In this document: positions 59,981 through 64,000 of the stretch, in pieces | Layout: each line of letters starts with the position of its first letter | Position numbering within the stretch: the first letter of the stretch is position 1 | NCBI RefSeq assembly: GCF_036365525.1 | Contig: NC_090377.1 | Span: 79,903,198 to 79,967,197 of the forward strand | From: Heterodontus francisci | Taxonomy: Eukaryota | DNA: 64,000 nt | Reading direction: 5' to 3' | Translations under genes and position numbers: made by a program | The notes under the pieces: generated by a model | The model's input: only the letters and a program-made list of their open reading frames with translations | Told to the model about the DNA's origin: nothing | The model's database searches: none

Positions 59981-61852
59981 TGTCAGGGTCGAACGGAGAT
60001 GTAGGTCCTGATTTTCGTGTATTCAATATACCTTTTGACTTTCCCCTCTCTGATGCTGAACGTTCTGTACTCAGCAAAGGACTCAGTTTTATCCCCTTAC
60101 ACCCCACCTCAATGAATTTCGCGCTCGGCATGATGTTGGGCTCTTCTTCCGTCGCTTTCGCCTCCGGGCTCACTTCTTTGACCAGGAATCCTCCCCCTGA
60201 CCAGCAGACTCATTCAGCCGCCTCCAGCATTCTCCTTCCACCTGGACCCCTCCCTCTGGCCTCTTACTGACTCTTGATCATTTTGACAATTTCCAGTTTC
60301 CTGGCCCTAACCGCCTCCTCTTCACTATGAAAGTCCAATCTCTCTACACCTCCATCCCCCAACAGGATGGTTTGAGGGCTCTTCGCTTCTTCCTTGAACA
60401 GAGGCCCAACCAGTCCCCATCCACCACGACCCTCCTCTGCCTGGCTGAACTTATTCTCACATTGAACAACTTCTCCTTCAACTCCACTCCCTTCCCTCAA
60501 GTAAAAGGTGTTGCGATGGGTACCCGCGTGGGTCCTAATTATGCCTGTCTTTTTGTGGGATATGTCGAACATTCCTTATTCCAGTCCTACTCAGGCCCTC
60601 TCCCCCAACTCTTTTTCTGGTACTTTGATGACTGTATCGGTGCCGTTTCTTGCTCCCATCCCGAACTGGAAAACTTTATCAACTTTGCTTCCAATTTCTA
60701 CCCTTCTGTCACCTTTACACGGTCCATCTCCACCACTTCCCTTCCATTCCTCGACTTCTCTGTCTCCATCTCTGGGGATAGACTGTCAGCTAATATTCAT
60801 TATAAGCCCACCGACTCCCACACTACCTCGACTTCACTTCTTCATATCCTGCGTCGTGTAAGGACTCCATCTCTGGGGATAGACTGCTAATATTCATTAT
60901 AAGCCCACTGACTCCCACACTACCTCGACTTCACTTCTTCACAACCTGCCTCCTGTAAGGACTCCATCACATTCTCCCAGTTTCTCTGTCTCTGACGCAT
61001 CTGCTCTGATGATGCAACCTTCCACAACAACGCTTCTGATATGTCTTCCTTTATCCTCAACCGAGGATTCCCCCTCACTATGGTTGACAGAGCCCTCAAA
61101 TGTGTCCGGCTCATTTCCCACAACTCTGCTCTCACCTCTTCCCCCCCCTCCCAGATTCCCCTTGTCCTCGCTTTCCACCCCACCAGCCTCCACATCCAAA
61201 GGATCATCTTCCACCATTTCTGCCATGTCTAGCATGACGCCACTACTAAACGCATCTTCCCCTCGCCTCCCCTGTCAGCATTCCGAAGGGATCATTCCCT
61301 CCACGACACCCTGGTCCACTTCTCCATTATCCCTGACACCTCGTCCCCTTCCCACAGCACTTTCCCATGCAATCACAGGAGATGTAATACGTGCCCCTTT
61401 ACCTCACTATTCAAGGCCCCAATCACTTCTTTCATGTGAAGCAGCGATTTACTTGTACTTCTTTCAATGTAGTATATTGTATTCGCTGCTCATAATGTGA
61501 TCTCCTCTACACTGTGGAGACCAAACACAGATTGGGAGACCGCTTTGCAGAACACCTTTGCTCAGTCCGAAAATATGACCCTGAGCTTCCTGTCGCTTGC
61601 CATTTCAACACACAACCCTGCTCTCATGCCCACATCGCTATCCTGGGCTTGCTGCAGTGTTCCAGTGAACATCAACGCAAGCTCAAGGAACAGCATCTCA
61701 TTTATCGATTAGGCACACTACAGCCTGCTGGACTGAACATTGAGTTCAATAATTTCAGAGCATGACTGGCCCCCCCCTTTTTTCTTTTTCTTTTATTTTA
61801 GTTTGTTCCATCATTCATTTTTTTATCACGTGCCTGCCCACTGTATTTTTTT
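59981..61852 (+). mobile_element. Decayed Penelope-like element (RT plus GIY-YIG endonuclease)
   Basis: LSDAERSVLSKGLSF, VQSLYTSIP, GVAMGT, YFDD, YKPTDSH, NRGFP, VVYCIRC..ETKHRLGDRFAEHL, HFN, GLN motifs; deletions and stops. Confidence 0.92.
60771..60968. repeat. ~100-bp diverged tandem duplication in the Penelope RT
   Basis: Units 60771-60871 and 60872-60968, bounded by CTCCATC microhomology. Confidence 0.9.
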
Positions 61853-64000
61853 CATAGAAACATGGAAAATAGGAGCAGGAGTAGGCCATTCGGCCCTTCG
61901 AGCCTGATCATGGCTGATCATTCAACTCAGTAGCCTGTTCCTGCTTTTGCCCCATACCCTTTGATCCCTTTAGACCCAAGAGCTATATCTAACTCCTTCT
62001 TGAAAACATACAATGTTTTGGCTTCAATTGCTTTCTGTGGTAGCGAATTCCACAGGTTCACCACTCTCTGGGTGAACAAATTTCTCCTCATCAAAGTCCT
62101 GAAAGGATTACCCCATATCCTTAGACTATGACCCCTAGTTCTGGGCTCCCCCACCATCGGGAACATCCTTCCTGCATCTACCCTGTCAAGTCCTGTGAGA
62201 ATTTGATAGGTTTCTATGAGATCCCTCCTCACTCTTCTGAACTCCGGCGAATATAATCCTAACTGACTCAGTCTCTCCTCATACATCAGTCCCACCATCC
62301 CAGGAATCAATCTGGTAAACCTTCGCTGCACTCCCTCTATAGCAAGAACAGCCTTCCTCAGATAAGGAGACCAAAACTGCACACAATATTCCAGGTGTGG
62401 CCTCACCAAGACCCTGTATAATTGCAGCAAGACATCCCTACTCCTGTACTCGAATCCTCTCGCTATGAAGGCCAACATACCATTTGCCTTTTTTACCGCC
62501 TGTTACACCTGCATGCTTACCTTCAGCGACTGGTGTACGAGAACACCCAGGTCTCGCTGCATATTCCCCTCTCTCAGTTTATAGCCGTTCAGATTATAAT
62601 CTGCCTTCCTGTTTTTGCCACCAAAGTGGATAACCTTACATTTATCCACATTATACTGCATCTGCCATGCATTAGCCCACTCACTCAACTTGTCCAAATC
62701 ATCCTGAAGCCTCTCTGCATCCTCCTCACAACTCACCCTCCCACCCAGTTTTGTGTCATCTGCAAATCTGGAGATATTACATTTAGTTCCCTCATCTAAA
62801 TCATTAATGGATATTGTGAATAGCTGGGGTCCTAGCAACGATCCCTGCAGTTGCCCACTACTCACTGCCCGCCATTTGGAAAAAGACCCATTTATCCCTA
62901 CACTTTGTTTCCTGTCCACCAACCAATTTTCTATCCATCGCAATACACTACCCCCAATCCCATGCGCTTTAATTTTACATGCTAATCTCTTATATGGGAC
63001 TTTGTCGAAAGCCTTCTGAAAGTCCAAATAAACCACATCCACTGGCTCCCCCTCATCAATTCTACTAGTTACATCATCGAAGAATTCTAGTAGATTTGTC
63101 AAGCATGATTTCCCTTTTGTAAATCCATGCTGACTCTGCTCAATTCTACCACTTTTCTCTAAGTGCTCTGCTATAAAATCTTTGATAATGGACTCTAGAA
63201 CTTTTCCCACTACCGACGTCAGTCTGACTGGTCTATAATTCCCTGCTTTCTCTCTACCTCCCTTTTTAAATAGTGGGGTTACATTAGCTACCCTCCAATC
63301 TGTAGGAACAGTTCTAGAGTCTATAGAATCTTGGAAGATGACCACCGATGCATCCACTATTTCTAGGGCCACTTCCTTAAGTTCTCTAGGATGCATACCA
63401 TCAGGCCCTGGGGATTTATCGGCCTTCAATCCCATCAATTTTCCCAACACCATTTCTCTACTAATTCTGATTTATTTCAGTTCCTCTCTCCCACTATGCC
63501 CTGTGTTCCCCTGGTATGATATTTGTGTCCTCCTTTGTGAAGACAGAACCAAAGTATGTATTTAGTTGGTCAGCCATTTCTTTGTTCCCCATAATAAATT
63601 CCCCTATTTCTGACTGTAAGGGACCTACATTTGTCTTCACCAATCTTTTTCTCTTCACATACCTATAGAAACTTTACAGTCAGTTTTTATGTTCCCCGCA
63701 AGCTTGCTCTCGTACTCTATTTTCCCCTTCTTAATCAATCCCTTGGTCCTCCTTTGCTGAATTCTAAACTGCTCCCAATCCTCAGGTCTGTTGTTTTTCC
63801 TGGCAAATTTATATGCCTCTTCCTTGGATCTAATGCTATCTCTAATTTCCCTTGTAAGCCATGGTTTGGCTACCTTTCCCATTTTACTTTTGCGCCAGAC
63901 AGTGATAAACAATTGTTGCAGTTCATCCATGCGCTCTTTAAATGTTTGCCATTGCCTATCCACCATCATTCCTTTAAGTAGCATTTCCCAATCCGTCATG
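61853..64000 (-). mobile_element. CR1 LINE ORF2 (RT, C-terminus, 3' UTR), running off the window
   Basis: 316-aa and 183-aa ORF pieces with KSPGPDG, NYRPV, QHGF, DFQKAFDKV, RFADDTKL, LVRPHLEYC. Confidence 0.95.

Noticed and set aside
55698-64000. Additional titin exon, including the extended N-terminus of ORF 55544-55819
   Set aside because: No Fn3/Ig motifs found; the missing first part of this Fn3 must lie beyond the window

Overview
Vertebrate genomic DNA, most likely a cartilaginous fish (shark-type HE1 V-SINEs, CR1/L2 LINEs, Penelope and Harbinger relics). The window lies inside the titin (TTN) gene on the minus strand. I resolved 56 GT-AG coding exons (4223-55697) with compatible phases. 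They encode the end of the I/A-junction Fn3 run, all six 7-domain D-zone super-repeats (Ig-Fn-Fn-Ig-Fn-Fn-Fn), the first 11-domain C-zone super-repeat and three domains of the second. The set includes a 2967-nt ten-domain exon and a 33-nt microexon behind a 14-kb intron. Domain numbers (A1-A56, I114-I118) are inferred from the repeat pattern. Most introns are about 80-400 nt; a few are swollen by nested, decayed transposons: Gypsy LTR elements (one with a SCAN-like gag), solo LTRs with 4-bp TSDs, CR1 and L2 LINEs, a Penelope-like RT/GIY-YIG element, a two-gene Harbinger relic, GC-rich MITEs and SINEs. I see no clearly new gene system. The best lead is a young, TSD-flanked, 100-200 bp Penelope-type insertion family carrying a minimal hammerhead-ribozyme fold with a variant CCGAAGA core, one copy forming a 64-bp palindrome. 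TE family names come from motif recognition, not database searches, and TE boundaries without a stated TSD are approximate.
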